A stretch of 64,000 bases of DNA from an uncultured delta proteobacterium (GCA_963699755.1 CAVOVB010000003.1:640001-704000); one strand, 5' to 3'. Shown: positions 10,127 to 20,555, counted from the first letter of the stretch. Notes: generated by a model not told the origin, from the sequence alone. A program made the numbers and translations.

Positions 10127-12376
10127 ATGAGCGAGGGGGGACTCAAGGCTGCGCTGGAGACGATCCGCGGGGAGGTGAAAACGCGGTTCGACGCGCAGAA
10201 GCGAGTGCTCTCGTTTCGAGAGTATCTGGATCTCGTAGCAGACAACCCTCGGCGTTATACGCGCGACGCGAGCCGGTACCTCAAGGATTGCCTGGACTTT
10301 TTCGGCACGTACGAAGTCGAGCGTCCGACCGTGAACCGCAAGCGATGGAGGCTCTTTGACCTCGAGTTCAGGCAAGAGAGCGGCGGCCACCAGGCCGAGC
10401 TCAGGCTCCGAGACCGTCTCGCAGGGCAGGAAGCCGCGCAGGAGTCGTTCTATCGAATCCTCGACGGCTTCGAGCGGGAAGGCCGCGCCAACCGCCTCGT
10501 CTTGCTCCACGGTCCCAACGGCAGCGCCAAGTCGACCTTTGCCACTTGCCTGATGCGCGGGCTCGAAGCCTACTCCGACACCGACGATGGGGCGCTCTAT
10601 CGCTTCTCGTGGGTTTTCCCGCGAGCGCGCGAGGGTGCGGGCATCGGCTTCACGACCTCATCGGACGAGATCGGCACAGGCGAATCGTTCGCGCACCTTC
10701 CCGAAGAGCGGATCATCGTCAAGCTCCAGAGCTCGGTGCGAGAGCATCCGCTCCTCTTGCTGCCTCGTGACGTGCGACAGCGATTGATCGCGAGCGTGTA
10801 CGAGTCGAGGGGGTTGTCGGAGGCGGCGCCCGACTGGGTGTGGACCGGTCAGCTTGCGCGGAAGAATCAACAGATTTTTCAGGCGCTCCTGACCGCGTAC
10901 CGCGGTGACCTCGACCGAGTCCTCGCTCACATCCAAGTCGAGCGATTCTACATCTCGCGACGCTACCGGGTCGGCGCCGTCACCATCGGCCCGCAGATGT
11001 CCGTCGATGCCTCGGAGCGTCAGATCACCGCGGACCACTCAATCGAATCGCTCCCGGCTTCCTTGAGCGCGCTCACGCTGTTCGAGCCCTATGGCGAGCT
11101 GGTCGATGCGTCGGGCGGCATCGTCGAGTTCAGCGACCTGCTCAAGCGTCCGCTCGAAGCCTGGAAGTACCTCCTGCTCGCGATCGAGAACGGCGAGGTT
11201 TCGCTACAAATGTCGAATCTGCCGATCAACGCCGTGATGATAGCAAGCTCGAACGAGCTTCATCTGAGCGCGTTTCGCCAGCACCCCGAGTTTAACTCCT
11301 TCCGCGGCCGCATCGTTCGCATTCGCATGGCCTATCTTCTCGACGTGCACCGCGAGCGTGAAATCTACGACGGACAAATCGTGCCGCAAATCCCCAAGCA
11401 CGTGGCGCCTCACACCACTTACGTGGCGGCCCTATGGGCGGTGCTCACGCGTCTTCGGCGGCCGGATGCCTCGCAGTTTACCGACAGCGAGCTCGGCACC
11501 CTCGCCGCGTCCCTGACCCCCTTGGAAAAGGCCGACCTCTTGGCCGACGGTCTGCTGCCTGCGCGCCTGGAGTCTGATCAAATGAATATTCTTGCCGGCG
11601 GAATCGCCGAGGTGGAGGCCCAAGGCGCCGCATCCTCGGACTACGAGGGTATCAACGGGGCCTCGCCACGAGAGATTCGGATGCTCCTGCTCGACGCCGC
11701 CGCTGGCTTCGAGGAGACCTGCGTTTCGCCGGTGAGCTTCTTGAACCGCCTTGCCGAGTTCTGTGAACGCGACGACTACGACTTTCTCAAGGAGAAGGCC
11801 GACGGTCAATATCGAGATCACCGCTCGTTCGTCGACATGGTCAAAGAGCGATGGCTCGACATCGTCGAGGGCGAGCTTCGCGCGGCCAGCGGCCTCATCG
11901 ACGAGAGCAGCCACCTCCAGCTGTTCGATCGCTATGTAACCCAGGTTTCGCACTGGGTGAAAAAGGAGCGGGTCTTCAACCCGGTGACGGGCAGAGACGA
12001 AGAAGCGGACGTCGATTTGATGGCCAGCGTCGAGAAGAAGCTCGGCGCCGGCGACGCGCCGGCGTTTCGAAACGAGCTCTTGGGCGCTTTTGCCAACTGG
12101 GCGATCGACCATCCCGAGCAGGAGGTCGACTATGAATCACTCTTCCCGCGCTACATCGAGCAGCTTCGCCAGGCTTACTTCGATGAGCGGCGAGGGCAGG
12201 TCGGCGAGATCGGTGAGGCGATCGTTGCACTCACGGAGGACGACGAAACGCTCGACGAGGAGCAGCGGGAAGCCGCCCAACAAGCCCTGCAGGTCCTCAT
12301 CGGTGTCTATGGCTACGAACGCTCGAGTGCCAAGGTCGCACTCGGTGCCCTGGTCGACGCCCGCTATCGCGACTGA
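10127..12376 (+). CDS. PrkA/YeaG-family AAA+ ATPase / serine protein kinase
   Basis: LLHGPNGSAKST Walker A, GIVEFSDLLKRP, ASSNE, APHT, GASPRE; about 750 aa. Confidence 0.85.
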   Translation: MSEGGLKAALETIRGEVKTRFDAQKRVLSFREYLDLVADNPRRYTRDASRYLKDCLDFFGTYEVERPTVNRKRWRLFDLEFRQESGGHQAELRLRDRLAGQEAAQESFYRILDGFEREGRANRLVLLHGPNGSAKSTFATCLMRGLEAYSDTDDGALYRFSWVFPRAREGAGIGFTTSSDEIGTGESFAHLPEERIIVKLQSSVREHPLLLLPRDVRQRLIASVYESRGLSEAAPDWVWTGQLARKNQQIFQALLTAYRGDLDRVLAHIQVERFYISRRYRVGAVTIGPQMSVDASERQITADHSIESLPASLSALTLFEPYGELVDASGGIVEFSDLLKRPLEAWKYLLLAIENGEVSLQMSNLPINAVMIASSNELHLSAFRQHPEFNSFRGRIVRIRMAYLLDVHREREIYDGQIVPQIPKHVAPHTTYVAALWAVLTRLRRPDASQFTDSELGTLAASLTPLEKADLLADGLLPARLESDQMNILAGGIAEVEAQGAASSDYEGINGASPREIRMLLLDAAAGFEETCVSPVSFLNRLAEFCERDDYDFLKEKADGQYRDHRSFVDMVKERWLDIVEGELRAASGLIDESSHLQLFDRYVTQVSHWVKKERVFNPVTGRDEEADVDLMASVEKKLGAGDAPAFRNELLGAFANWAIDHPEQEVDYESLFPRYIEQLRQAYFDERRGQVGEIGEAIVALTEDDETLDEEQREAAQQALQVLIGVYGYERSSAKVALGALVDARYRD

Positions 12377-12474
12377 TTTGGCTTGGCCGCGCAGCGATTG
12401 CGCAAGACAGCCGCCGCGCGAAGATTCTGCATGAGGCCCGGGCCTGCCACCTCGAAATCTTGGAGAGAATGGGT

Positions 12475-12490
12475 CGGTATGCAACTTGCA
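12475..12490 (+). promoter_or_regulatory. sigma54 -24/-12 promoter candidate
   Basis: CGGTATGCAACTTGCA (GG-N10-GC), followed by AGGAGG and ATG 12517. Confidence 0.6.
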
Positions 12491-12516
12491 GCCTTGGGCT
12501 CCATAGGAGGCTTGTC

Positions 12517-12924
12517 ATGAGGCTCAAGAACCTATTGTCTGTGATGGTTCTATCGGTGCTTCTTGCTGCGCTCGGGTCTTGCGGTCCCGGTGCTGGTTCG
12601 GAGGGGGGAGACGTCCTTCGCTTGGTCAATCCCTTGAACGCCCAAATCTCGGTCACGGTCGGCTTCCCAGACGGCTCGACGGAGACAGTTGCGCTTCCCA
12701 CTTCAGGCCTTGCGCCAGAGCGCATCTTGTATACGCACTATGTCTTTGGAGACATCTACACGTTTGACGCCGTTGCCCCCGGGGTCGACCCGGCTGTGAC
12801 GACTCGCTGCGCCGTCACGCAGCTAGCGACCATGACCGGCGCCGCGGATGTGCAGTTCTACGTGGAAACCGGCACGACGTTCATCACGGTCGAGTGCGAC
12901 GGCGCCGCTCTCGTGGAGCAATAG
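12517..12924 (+). CDS. Hypothetical lipoprotein
   Basis: AGGAGG RBS; signal peptide with LGSC lipobox. Confidence 0.75.
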   Translation: MRLKNLLSVMVLSVLLAALGSCGPGAGSEGGDVLRLVNPLNAQISVTVGFPDGSTETVALPTSGLAPERILYTHYVFGDIYTFDAVAPGVDPAVTTRCAVTQLATMTGAADVQFYVETGTTFITVECDGAALVEQ

Positions 12925-12934
12925 CGAGCCTCGG

Positions 12935-13912
12935 CTAGACCAGGAACTTACCGCTTCGCAGGCGCTGTGCTTCCATCTTCTCGAGCTCTCGCGAGCCGGA
13001 GATCACGACGTTCGGGTCGGGAACGAAATCGAGGCTGTCGTCCATGCGCTCGTAGGGAGCGGAATTCAAGATGAGCTTGATGGCGTTCAGCCGCGCCTGG
13101 TGCTTGTCGTTCGAGCGAATGATCTTCCAGGGCGCGTGCGTCGTATGAGTCCGCTTGAGCATCTCGTATTTCTCGTTGGTGAACTCGTCCCAGCGTTCTT
13201 GTGCTTGGACATCGACCTCACTCAGCTTCCACTGACGAAGCGGGTCGGCCTTGCGACGCTCGAAGCGCCGTTTCTGCTCTTCCTTCGTCACGCTGAAGTA
13301 GAGCTTGATCAGGACGGTGCCCTGACGCACGAGGTCCTTCTCGAACCCGGTGACGCCGCGCATGAAGTTCTTGTATTCCTTTTCACTGCAGAACCCGAAT
13401 ACCGGCTCCACCATCGCGCGGTTGTACCAGCTCCGGTCGAAGAGAACGACCTCACCGGCACGAGGAAAGTGCTGAACGTACTTCTGAAAGAACCATTGGG
13501 TGCGTTGGTGTTCGGTGGGTTTTCCGAGCGCGACGACGCGATAGTGTTTCTCGTTCATGTAGCGCGTGACCCGGCGGATGGTTCCGCCCTTTCCTGCGGC
13601 GTCGCGCCCTTCGAACAAGATGATCATCCGAGTGCCGCTCTCTTCGAGATACTGCTGCATCTTGATGAGCTCGGCCTGATACGGCTTGAGGCTCTCTTCA
13701 CGGAGATAGCGGCGAAGCGCCTTCGCCTTCATGGATTCGGCGGTCAGTTCCTCCTCCGAGGCTTCCGTCGTCTCCTCGAGCGACTCGACCTCCTGCTGAA
13801 GCGCGGCTGCCGCCTCTTCGCGCTTGACGTTCGCCTCGCGGGCTGTGGGCATCGCCTCCGCGCGGTCGTGGGCCTCTGCAGCGGTTTCTTGGTTCGTCTG
13901 TTCCTCGTCCAT
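12935..13912 (-). CDS. ppk2: Polyphosphate kinase 2
   Basis: FEGRDAAGKGG, FDRSWYNRA, WKLSEVD; own GAGGAG RBS before ATG 13912. Confidence 0.95.
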   Translation of the reverse strand: MDEEQTNQETAAEAHDRAEAMPTAREANVKREEAAAALQQEVESLEETTEASEEELTAESMKAKALRRYLREESLKPYQAELIKMQQYLEESGTRMIILFEGRDAAGKGGTIRRVTRYMNEKHYRVVALGKPTEHQRTQWFFQKYVQHFPRAGEVVLFDRSWYNRAMVEPVFGFCSEKEYKNFMRGVTGFEKDLVRQGTVLIKLYFSVTKEEQKRRFERRKADPLRQWKLSEVDVQAQERWDEFTNEKYEMLKRTHTTHAPWKIIRSNDKHQARLNAIKLILNSAPYERMDDSLDFVPDPNVVISGSRELEKMEAQRLRSGKFLV

Positions 13913-14797
13913 GATGCTCCTCGAGGTCGAGTGGTTAGGGCCGTTCGCCTGCGCTGAAAACGCTCGTGCCTTTTTCTCCTGTTTTTCGGAGGAAACCGGC
14001 TGCGCTTTCGAAGGGACTCCGTGGAAATAGCACCCCCGTCCGCCGAACGCGTAGTCGTAGGTCCCGTAGGTCCAGTTGTAATCCTTGCCGAACGGCGCGA
14101 CCAAGTCGCGGAGCTCTTGCTGAGAGTAGACGCGCAAGGTGCTGACGATCGCGTCCCAGGCTCCGGCGACCAGGCCTAGAGGCGTGAGCCAAGTCCATGT
14201 GGCTTTGGCGAGCCGGTCTCGGGGCGAGAGTAGCGGAGTCGCAAAGAGCGAAGGGATTCCGATTGGAATCAGCGGAAAGGCGCCCCGCAGATCTCGCTCG
14301 AAGGATTCGGAGATGAAGATCGGCGCTTGACTATGGACCGCGTCGCGGAGGATGGCGCCCGCGAGCTCCGGTCGGAAGTGATGAAACGCGTTGATGATCA
14401 CTCGAGCGCGCCCATCCGACAGGGACTTGGGAATCGATGTTGCGTCGACCGGTTCGGCGATGAAATCGATGCAGTCCGGGCGCTGCTCCCGGGCGTGGGT
14501 CCAGATGGAAACGCGAGGGAACAGATCGGTGAGCAGAAAGCGCGGCGCGCTCATCCCGAGTCGCTCGGCCTCCTGGCTCAAGATCATTGCGGGGCCCGCA
14601 GCTCCGGCGCAAAGGTCCAACACCTCGCGCGTTCCAGCGGCCGCGAGAAAGCCGTCGATCACCGGTACGAGGGGTCGAAGGAAGCCACCCCAGTCGAGCG
14701 AGCGGCTCAGCGTTTCGACAATCGTGTCGCGCAAGGTTTCGGGCACCCAGTCGCGATCATTGAATTCGAATAGCTGGGTTCTCGGAAGAAGGGGCAT
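13913..14797 (-). CDS. Class I SAM-dependent methyltransferase-like protein; no stop codon, runs in frame into ppk2
   Basis: VLDLCAGAAGP, LTDLFP, PVDAT, NAFHHF; frame is continuous to 12935. Confidence 0.8.
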
Positions 14798-14819
14798 GAC
14801 GGTTTCGGGCGTGGGTCGA

Positions 14820-16412
14820 TCACTTCGTGAGGTCGAAGTCCAGGCTCTTTCGTTCACCCGGCCGAAGACGGATCGTCTGAGTCTTGAACGGTCTCTCCTG
14901 TCCGACCCCGATCTTGTATCGGCCCGCCTTCAGTGGCTGGTCCTTCAGGGGCGCTGCGCCGCGGAGCTTGCCATCGATCCAGACGTTGCCCCACGGAAAG
15001 ACGACCACGGTGAGTCGCGCCGGACGGGGCAGGGCGGCCGCCGCGGGAGCAATGTCTCGAGCGGAGTCAACGGTTGCCTCTTCCGCGGCGTCGAGCTTGG
15101 TTTCGGAGACGTCTCGTTTGCGCTCCTCGGGGCCGGGTAGGGGGGGTGCTCGGGGTTTCGGATCGGCGGTCGGAGGAGGAGCGAGCGCGCCCCTTGTCTC
15201 CGAGCGGGTCTGATCTTCCCTGCGGATCGTTGGCCAAAGTCCGATGGCGCCCGCCGCGCCAACCATGACAAGCAGGAGCCCGACGAGCGCGCGCTGAAAC
15301 GACCGGCGAGCTCCGTTGTTGGCACCCCATCTTTCGGACACAAGCAAGCCGTCCGTCGCAGAGGCGCTCGCTCCGGCGTCGCTCGGTCCTGGATCCGGGC
15401 CGGGGTCGGTGGCGTGCTTCCCGCCGGCCAGAGCGAGCAGGTCTTCGGTGCTGATCCGGTCTTTCGGAGGACGGCTCTCGGCAACGATCCGTCCGAGGTC
15501 TCGGCGCGCACGCGGCGACGGAACGAACTCGTCCAGCAAATCGATCAACTTGGATGCGCTCTCCGGCCGGTCTTCACGGTTCGGCAGGAGTAGGCTTTCG
15601 ATGACTTCGCAGAGCCCAGGAGGAGCAGCGGGTGCAAGGCTGTGAAGCGAGGGATGGTCGCCCGATAGAGTCAACATGATCGTCGCCGGATCGTGGGCGC
15701 CGTCGTAAGGCCGTTGTCCGGCGAGCGCCTCGTAGAGCACCACTCCAAGCGCGAACAGGTCGGCCCGTCCGTCGAGTGGCTCGGCGCGGAGCTGCTCGGG
15801 CGACATATAGGGAATCTTGCCCTTGACTGCGCTCTGCTTGCGTGACGTGCCAGACATTGCCTTGGCAACGCCGAAGTCCGAGAGAAAGACTTCACCGGTG
15901 CGGCTGATGAGCACGTTCGAAGGCGAGACATCGCGATGCACGATCGCGTCCCCGTCCGAATCCTCGATGGCGTTTCCTGGTCGCCTTGAATGCGCATGCT
16001 CCAGGGCGGCCGCGAGGTCGTGACCCAAGAGTGCGACCAATCCGTGCGGCAGACGGACCCCGTCCTGCGCGTCGAGCACGACACGCAGATCCGCTCCGTC
16101 CACCAGCTCAATCGCCATGTACGGCGTCCCTGCAATCTTGCCGAAGTCGATCACGCCAACGATGTTGCTGTGCCGAAGCTTCGCGGCGAGCCGCGCCTCC
16201 CGTTCAAAGAGCCGAATGAAGTCTTCATTGTCGCGGAAGAACGGAAGGACCAGCTTGAGGCAAACATGCTGGGCAAAGCCGCTCGGGCCCCGCCGAATGG
16301 CCTCGTAGGTTTCGGCCATTCCGCCCACGCCAAGCCGACGGACCAGCCGGTACGGCCCGAAATCCTCACCGGCGAGGCTACTCAGGGATGTTTGTGAGCG
16401 CACCTTCGACAT
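14820..16412 (-). CDS. Hanks-type Ser/Thr protein kinase with TM segment and C-terminal PEGA domain
   Basis: LGVGGMA, CLK, HRDVSPSN, DFG, YMSPEQ, DLFALG; TM helix; PWGNVWIDG. Confidence 0.95.
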   Translation of the reverse strand: MSKVRSQTSLSSLAGEDFGPYRLVRRLGVGGMAETYEAIRRGPSGFAQHVCLKLVLPFFRDNEDFIRLFEREARLAAKLRHSNIVGVIDFGKIAGTPYMAIELVDGADLRVVLDAQDGVRLPHGLVALLGHDLAAALEHAHSRRPGNAIEDSDGDAIVHRDVSPSNVLISRTGEVFLSDFGVAKAMSGTSRKQSAVKGKIPYMSPEQLRAEPLDGRADLFALGVVLYEALAGQRPYDGAHDPATIMLTLSGDHPSLHSLAPAAPPGLCEVIESLLLPNREDRPESASKLIDLLDEFVPSPRARRDLGRIVAESRPPKDRISTEDLLALAGGKHATDPGPDPGPSDAGASASATDGLLVSERWGANNGARRSFQRALVGLLLVMVGAAGAIGLWPTIRREDQTRSETRGALAPPPTADPKPRAPPLPGPEERKRDVSETKLDAAEEATVDSARDIAPAAAALPRPARLTVVVFPWGNVWIDGKLRGAAPLKDQPLKAGRYKIGVGQERPFKTQTIRLRPGERKSLDFDLTK

Positions 16413-16472
16413 GGGGTCGACTGGGTGGGCCGATGACCTCCAGGTCAGGACACACGCGCTCTGATGATACGC

Positions 16473-17594
16473 CTAAATTCCCAGCTTGAACAGCTGCGAA
16501 GCCCCTGCGTTCGAAGCCGAGAGGGAACCGCATCTGCCCTGGAACAAGGTCTCTGCCGCCCGCGACAGGGATCGGGGGCCCGGCCCTCCGGCCGGAGATT
16601 TGATCCAGGCGCAGCCTCGCCGGATCCCGTTTCGACTCACGAGTGCGAGGGCGATGGTGTTTGGCGTCGGCGTCGACACGAGGACCAGCATCCGCGCAGG
16701 TAGAACTCTTGCGAGCTTCTGCGCGTCCGCCAGCCAGCGATCCCCCTCGCCGTGCTTCGGGTACTGCAGCCGCAAGACAGGCCTGGTCCGGACCGCGCGA
16801 TCGAATCCGTCGTCGACGTGAAGCAGGCTCACGTCCGTTCCGATCTTCACCGAGTGCACGCGCCCGCGGTGCTGTCCGTCGCATTCGACTTGGACGCTGT
16901 ACTCGCCGGTCAAGAGCTCATCGGTCTCCAAGGGGGTGGAGCCAAAAAGCACACCGTTGACGCGGACGTCACATCCGGAAGGGCTGCTGTCGACGAGCAG
17001 TCCACCCACGTTCTTACGACCGGCCGCTAGCGCCTGATGGTAGAGCGCCAACACAGCCGGCGGATGCATCAGCGCTGCAGGACTTGCACGCGGCACTAGG
17101 CGCGCACAGTCGTCTGAGTACGCGACGGCGCGAGGTCGCTCCGCCGATTCGAGTAGCGCTCGCACCATGTAGAGGCAGGTGTCGAGAACCCGCTGCGCTC
17201 TGGGGCTCTCTCTATTGAGCTCCGCGGCAGCGGTCCGGGAAAGCCGTTCCGCGCGCGCGAGACGATCGAGCGCCGATGCCTGGTCACCGTGTGCAAGATG
17301 GTGGACACCCGCATGGGAATCTCGAAACCAACGCTCGATCTCCTTGTCGCTGACTTCGACCGCAACCGTGGAGCTTTCGCGCTCGAAGCGCATAGCTGCG
17401 TCCTCAGACCGCCACACCTGCCGGTCGTGCCCCTCCAGCTCTCGACGAAGCTCTGCAACAATTCGTTCCATGTAGGACGGCATCTCACCGTTCGTCACTG
17501 GAACGACCGCCCAGTCGTTGGTCTCCGCGGCCGCTGGCGAGAGCAAAGCCAACGAACTGAGGGTCGCGACTGCAATCGGCAATGCTCGTGTCAT
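16473..17594 (-). CDS. Exported PEGA domain-containing protein
   Basis: Signal peptide; VDSSPSGCDVRVNG...GSTPL...GEYSV; start overlaps the upstream stop (ATGA). Confidence 0.8.
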   Translation of the reverse strand: MTRALPIAVATLSSLALLSPAAAETNDWAVVPVTNGEMPSYMERIVAELRRELEGHDRQVWRSEDAAMRFERESSTVAVEVSDKEIERWFRDSHAGVHHLAHGDQASALDRLARAERLSRTAAAELNRESPRAQRVLDTCLYMVRALLESAERPRAVAYSDDCARLVPRASPAALMHPPAVLALYHQALAAGRKNVGGLLVDSSPSGCDVRVNGVLFGSTPLETDELLTGEYSVQVECDGQHRGRVHSVKIGTDVSLLHVDDGFDRAVRTRPVLRLQYPKHGEGDRWLADAQKLARVLPARMLVLVSTPTPNTIALALVSRNGIRRGCAWIKSPAGGPGPRSLSRAAETLFQGRCGSLSASNAGASQLFKLGI

Positions 17595-18190
17595 CGAGCT
17601 TGGCTCCTGGCGAACCAGAGGTCGATCTTGACGAAGCTGCCTTCGTCGTAGGAGGCGCCCCGGAAATTCACGGCGATTTGGTTCAGCTCATGCGAGACCT
17701 CTGCGCTGGCAACCTCGACGTTGCTGGCCGTCTGATCCACCCCTGCCGCAACGAGCACCAGGTCGTCTTCTGGGCTCACGATCTGAAACAGGTACCCATC
17801 GAAGTCAGCGCTTGGGAATCGCCCCGCGCCTGCCACGCTGGAGAAGTCGAAGATCAGGCTGGCGCGGTCGAGATCGATCTCGAGGCCGGGGTTTGGGCTC
17901 GTGGCACAATGAGCACCGAGAGAGCTCACATCCACCGAAGAGAACTCCAGCCCGTCGCCGACTTTGGTCTGCAATGCCTTGGAGCCAGCGCCGTCGCAGA
18001 GGGTCGAGTGTCGGGATAGCTTCAAGTCGGCCCCAGCCAGGCTTGCGGCTGCACTGTCCGGATCGTAGTGAAAATGGCCTGGATCGATCGAAAAGGTGTG
18101 TGCGTCTCCGCAGCCTATCAGAAATCCAGAAGCGCTAACCAGAGCCAGCGCGGCGATGCGACGAGTCGCATGGATGGTCGTTCTTGTCAT
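17591..18190 (-). CDS. Hypothetical lipoprotein
   Basis: GGAGG RBS; signal peptide with LIGC lipobox. Confidence 0.75.
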   Translation of the reverse strand: MTRTTIHATRRIAALALVSASGFLIGCGDAHTFSIDPGHFHYDPDSAAASLAGADLKLSRHSTLCDGAGSKALQTKVGDGLEFSSVDVSSLGAHCATSPNPGLEIDLDRASLIFDFSSVAGAGRFPSADFDGYLFQIVSPEDDLVLVAAGVDQTASNVEVASAEVSHELNQIAVNFRGASYDEGSFVKIDLWFARSQAR

Positions 18191-18236
18191 GTTGGTGTCC
18201 TCCCGGTATGTCGTTGTGGCGGCCTGCGGTTCCCAG

Positions 18237-18253
18237 TGCATCGAGCGTGCCAA
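18237..18253 (-). promoter_or_regulatory. sigma54 -24/-12 promoter
   Basis: Minus strand reads TTGGCACGCTCGATGCA. Confidence 0.75.
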
Positions 18254-18305
18254 TCGAGAAAGGCATTCGTTTTCCGCAAAGCGCAGAGCTTGCGGCAGCG
18301 GATCG

Positions 18306-18343
18306 ATGACGTTCGTCGTCGAAATCCTGACGACGGCCGTCAT
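18306..18343. promoter_or_regulatory. Tandem palindromic enhancer (ATGACG-N5-CGTCAT type)
   Basis: ATGACGttcgtCGTCga and cTGACGacggcCGTCAT, 21 bp apart, upstream of a sigma54 promoter; shared with 20636-20675. Confidence 0.65.
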
Positions 18344-18376
18344 TCGAGCGGACATCGAAGGTGCAGGAGACCGGCG

Positions 18377-19999
18377 TTAGACGCGGTTCTTGAACTTTTC
18401 GGGGTCGATCGCGAGCGTCGCCATCCGGCTGATCAGTCCGGTGCGCGGAACGGAAAGCATTCGGGCGGTGCGCGCGACGATGCCCCCGCAGGCCGTGAGA
18501 GCGTCCTCGATGATTCCTTTTTCGACGGCGTCGAGGCCTTCTTTTTGCTCCCCAAGCTGCTTCCAGCGGGCTTGGACTTCGTTGCTCGCCGAGCCGGCGC
18601 TGGGGTGCACCGAGGGAGGGCTGATGGAGCCGCGTAGAGAATGCTCGCCGTCGAGGTCCAAGTGGCGTGCCTCGATCACCGGGTCCGCGGATTCGCTCGC
18701 CCGAACGCGATTCCTGGCTCGCTCCAGCACCGCTTCGAGCTCGCGTATATTTCCCCCCCAATGAAGGTGGGGCGCCTGGAGCAGCTCACGAGCGTTGCCG
18801 TCGAGCTCCCAGTCGGTCTGTCCATCGGTGCGGCTGAGGTAACGCATGGCGATGCTCGGGATGTCGCTGCGCCGATCGCGCAGTGGTGGCAGCACGATGG
18901 GCACGGTGGCCAGGCGATAATAAAGGTCCTGCCGAAAGCGCTGGTCGGCGATGGCCTGCGACATGTCGCCGTTGGTCACCGAGATCAGGCGCACGTCGGC
19001 TGTCTTCGGCTCGCGGCCCTGATAGCCAAGCGGCCGGTACGAGCCGAACTGGGTGAAATCGAGGAGCAGCTGCTGCGCATGGCGAGGCAGGTTCAGCACC
19101 TCGTCGAGGATGAGCGTCCCCTCGTGTGCGTACTCGACCAGTCCCATGCGCCTGGAGACCGCGCCTGAAAACGCGCCTCGCTCATGCCCAAAAAGCTCCG
19201 AGGTGATCGTGTTCAGGTCATCCGCCAGACCGAGCGTCGCCCGAACGATCGGGTCGCGGTTGCTCGTGCGAGCAAACGCGGTCGCGAGCTGGGTCTTGCC
19301 TGTCCCCGATTCACCCAAGACCATGATCGACGCCTGGCTTCCGAGGGCGGCGCGGAGCTCTTCGCGGATCGCTGCCATGCTGTCACCGGCGAGGAGGTCG
19401 TCGAGACCGAGGTAGTGGTCGTTTCGGTCTTTGGCGCGCTCGACACGCAAATCTTCTTTGGTGGCCTCGATCAGCGTCTGCTGCGCGATCATGCCTCCGA
19501 GAAGGGAACCGACGCATTGGACGAAGTCGAGGACGGTGTCCTGCTCTCCTTCGTTTCCCGGAAACTCCAAATACATCACCCCGACCAGACTACGGCCTCG
19601 CCCCGAGGACGTGGGGTGCGACCAAAGCGGGACGGCGGCAAACGAGCCGCTCTGCGCGTAGGGTACGGGGCCGGCGACGGTCTTGAGCTCCCGCTGCACT
19701 CGGCTCAGCATTGCGGTGACGTGCTCTGCAAGCACGGCGGGCGGCACCCCGCGAAACCCTGCGGTGCGCGAACGGTGCATCGGCCCGCCGCCGCCCTTGG
19801 TCTCGAGCGTGCTCCAGGCGGAGGTCGCGCCAAGCTGAACACACAAGGCTTCGAGCGTCTCCTCGATGAAGCGGCCGCCATGAAGGCCGGTCACGACCGA
19901 CGCCACAATTTCACGCATTCGCGGCCAGGGATCTCGGTTCTCGACTATCGGCATCGGCCGTTGCGAGAGTAACTGGTTGAGCGTCTCGCGACTAGGCAT
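18377..19999 (-). CDS. sigma54-dependent enhancer-binding protein (GAF-like input, AAA+, Fis HTH)
   Basis: GESGTGKT, ELFGHERGAFSGA, LILDEV, FRQDLYYRL, WGGNIREL, C-terminal HTH. Confidence 0.92.
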   Translation of the reverse strand: MPSRETLNQLLSQRPMPIVENRDPWPRMREIVASVVTGLHGGRFIEETLEALCVQLGATSAWSTLETKGGGGPMHRSRTAGFRGVPPAVLAEHVTAMLSRVQRELKTVAGPVPYAQSGSFAAVPLWSHPTSSGRGRSLVGVMYLEFPGNEGEQDTVLDFVQCVGSLLGGMIAQQTLIEATKEDLRVERAKDRNDHYLGLDDLLAGDSMAAIREELRAALGSQASIMVLGESGTGKTQLATAFARTSNRDPIVRATLGLADDLNTITSELFGHERGAFSGAVSRRMGLVEYAHEGTLILDEVLNLPRHAQQLLLDFTQFGSYRPLGYQGREPKTADVRLISVTNGDMSQAIADQRFRQDLYYRLATVPIVLPPLRDRRSDIPSIAMRYLSRTDGQTDWELDGNARELLQAPHLHWGGNIRELEAVLERARNRVRASESADPVIEARHLDLDGEHSLRGSISPPSVHPSAGSASNEVQARWKQLGEQKEGLDAVEKGIIEDALTACGGIVARTARMLSVPRTGLISRMATLAIDPEKFKNRV

Positions 20000-20555
20000 T
20001 GCGCAAGGTGGTTGAAGGCTTCTGTGTCTGAGGCCCGAGGACACGAACCATGATCACGAGTTGTGCCTTCGTTTTGACGCCCAGCTTGCGCATGGATCCC
20101 CTCAAGAGTGCGGACACCCGCGAAGGGCTGATCTTCAGCCGGTAGCCTGTCACCTTGCTGCTCTCGCCAAGCGCTGCGCCCATCGCGACTTGGTACTCAC
20201 GAGCCGTGAGCCCGGCGGCGCAGCTTCCTTTGACGTCATTGAGCTTCACCAAGACGATTCGTCTGCCGTTGGCGTCAAACCAGTCGACCAGCTTCATTCG
20301 TCCTCGGACCAGACCCTCCCAGAGAAGAAGGGCGCGTTCGGCGTCGATCGCACCCAGGTCTCGACGCGCCTCGTCGAGACTTCGGGCGGCGTCGCGGAGC
20401 ATGTCCGGGCTTGCCATGCCGTCGACGCCGCCCATCGCCCCCAAGGGCTCGGTGCATCCTCTTGGCTCCGACCCCTCGCTCGCTGGCCCTGTGGCGTCCC
20501 ACTCGGTCTCGAGGATCGGAGTGAAGGCAGCTCGTGTGGCATGGGCGCTCGTCAT
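19992..20555 (-). CDS. LuxR-type HTH transcriptional regulator without a receiver domain
   Basis: LTAREYQVA...GESSKVTGYRLKIS...MRKLGVKTKAQL; overlaps the EBP start. Confidence 0.78.
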   Translation of the reverse strand: MTSAHATRAAFTPILETEWDATGPASEGSEPRGCTEPLGAMGGVDGMASPDMLRDAARSLDEARRDLGAIDAERALLLWEGLVRGRMKLVDWFDANGRRIVLVKLNDVKGSCAAGLTAREYQVAMGAALGESSKVTGYRLKISPSRVSALLRGSMRKLGVKTKAQLVIMVRVLGPQTQKPSTTLRNA

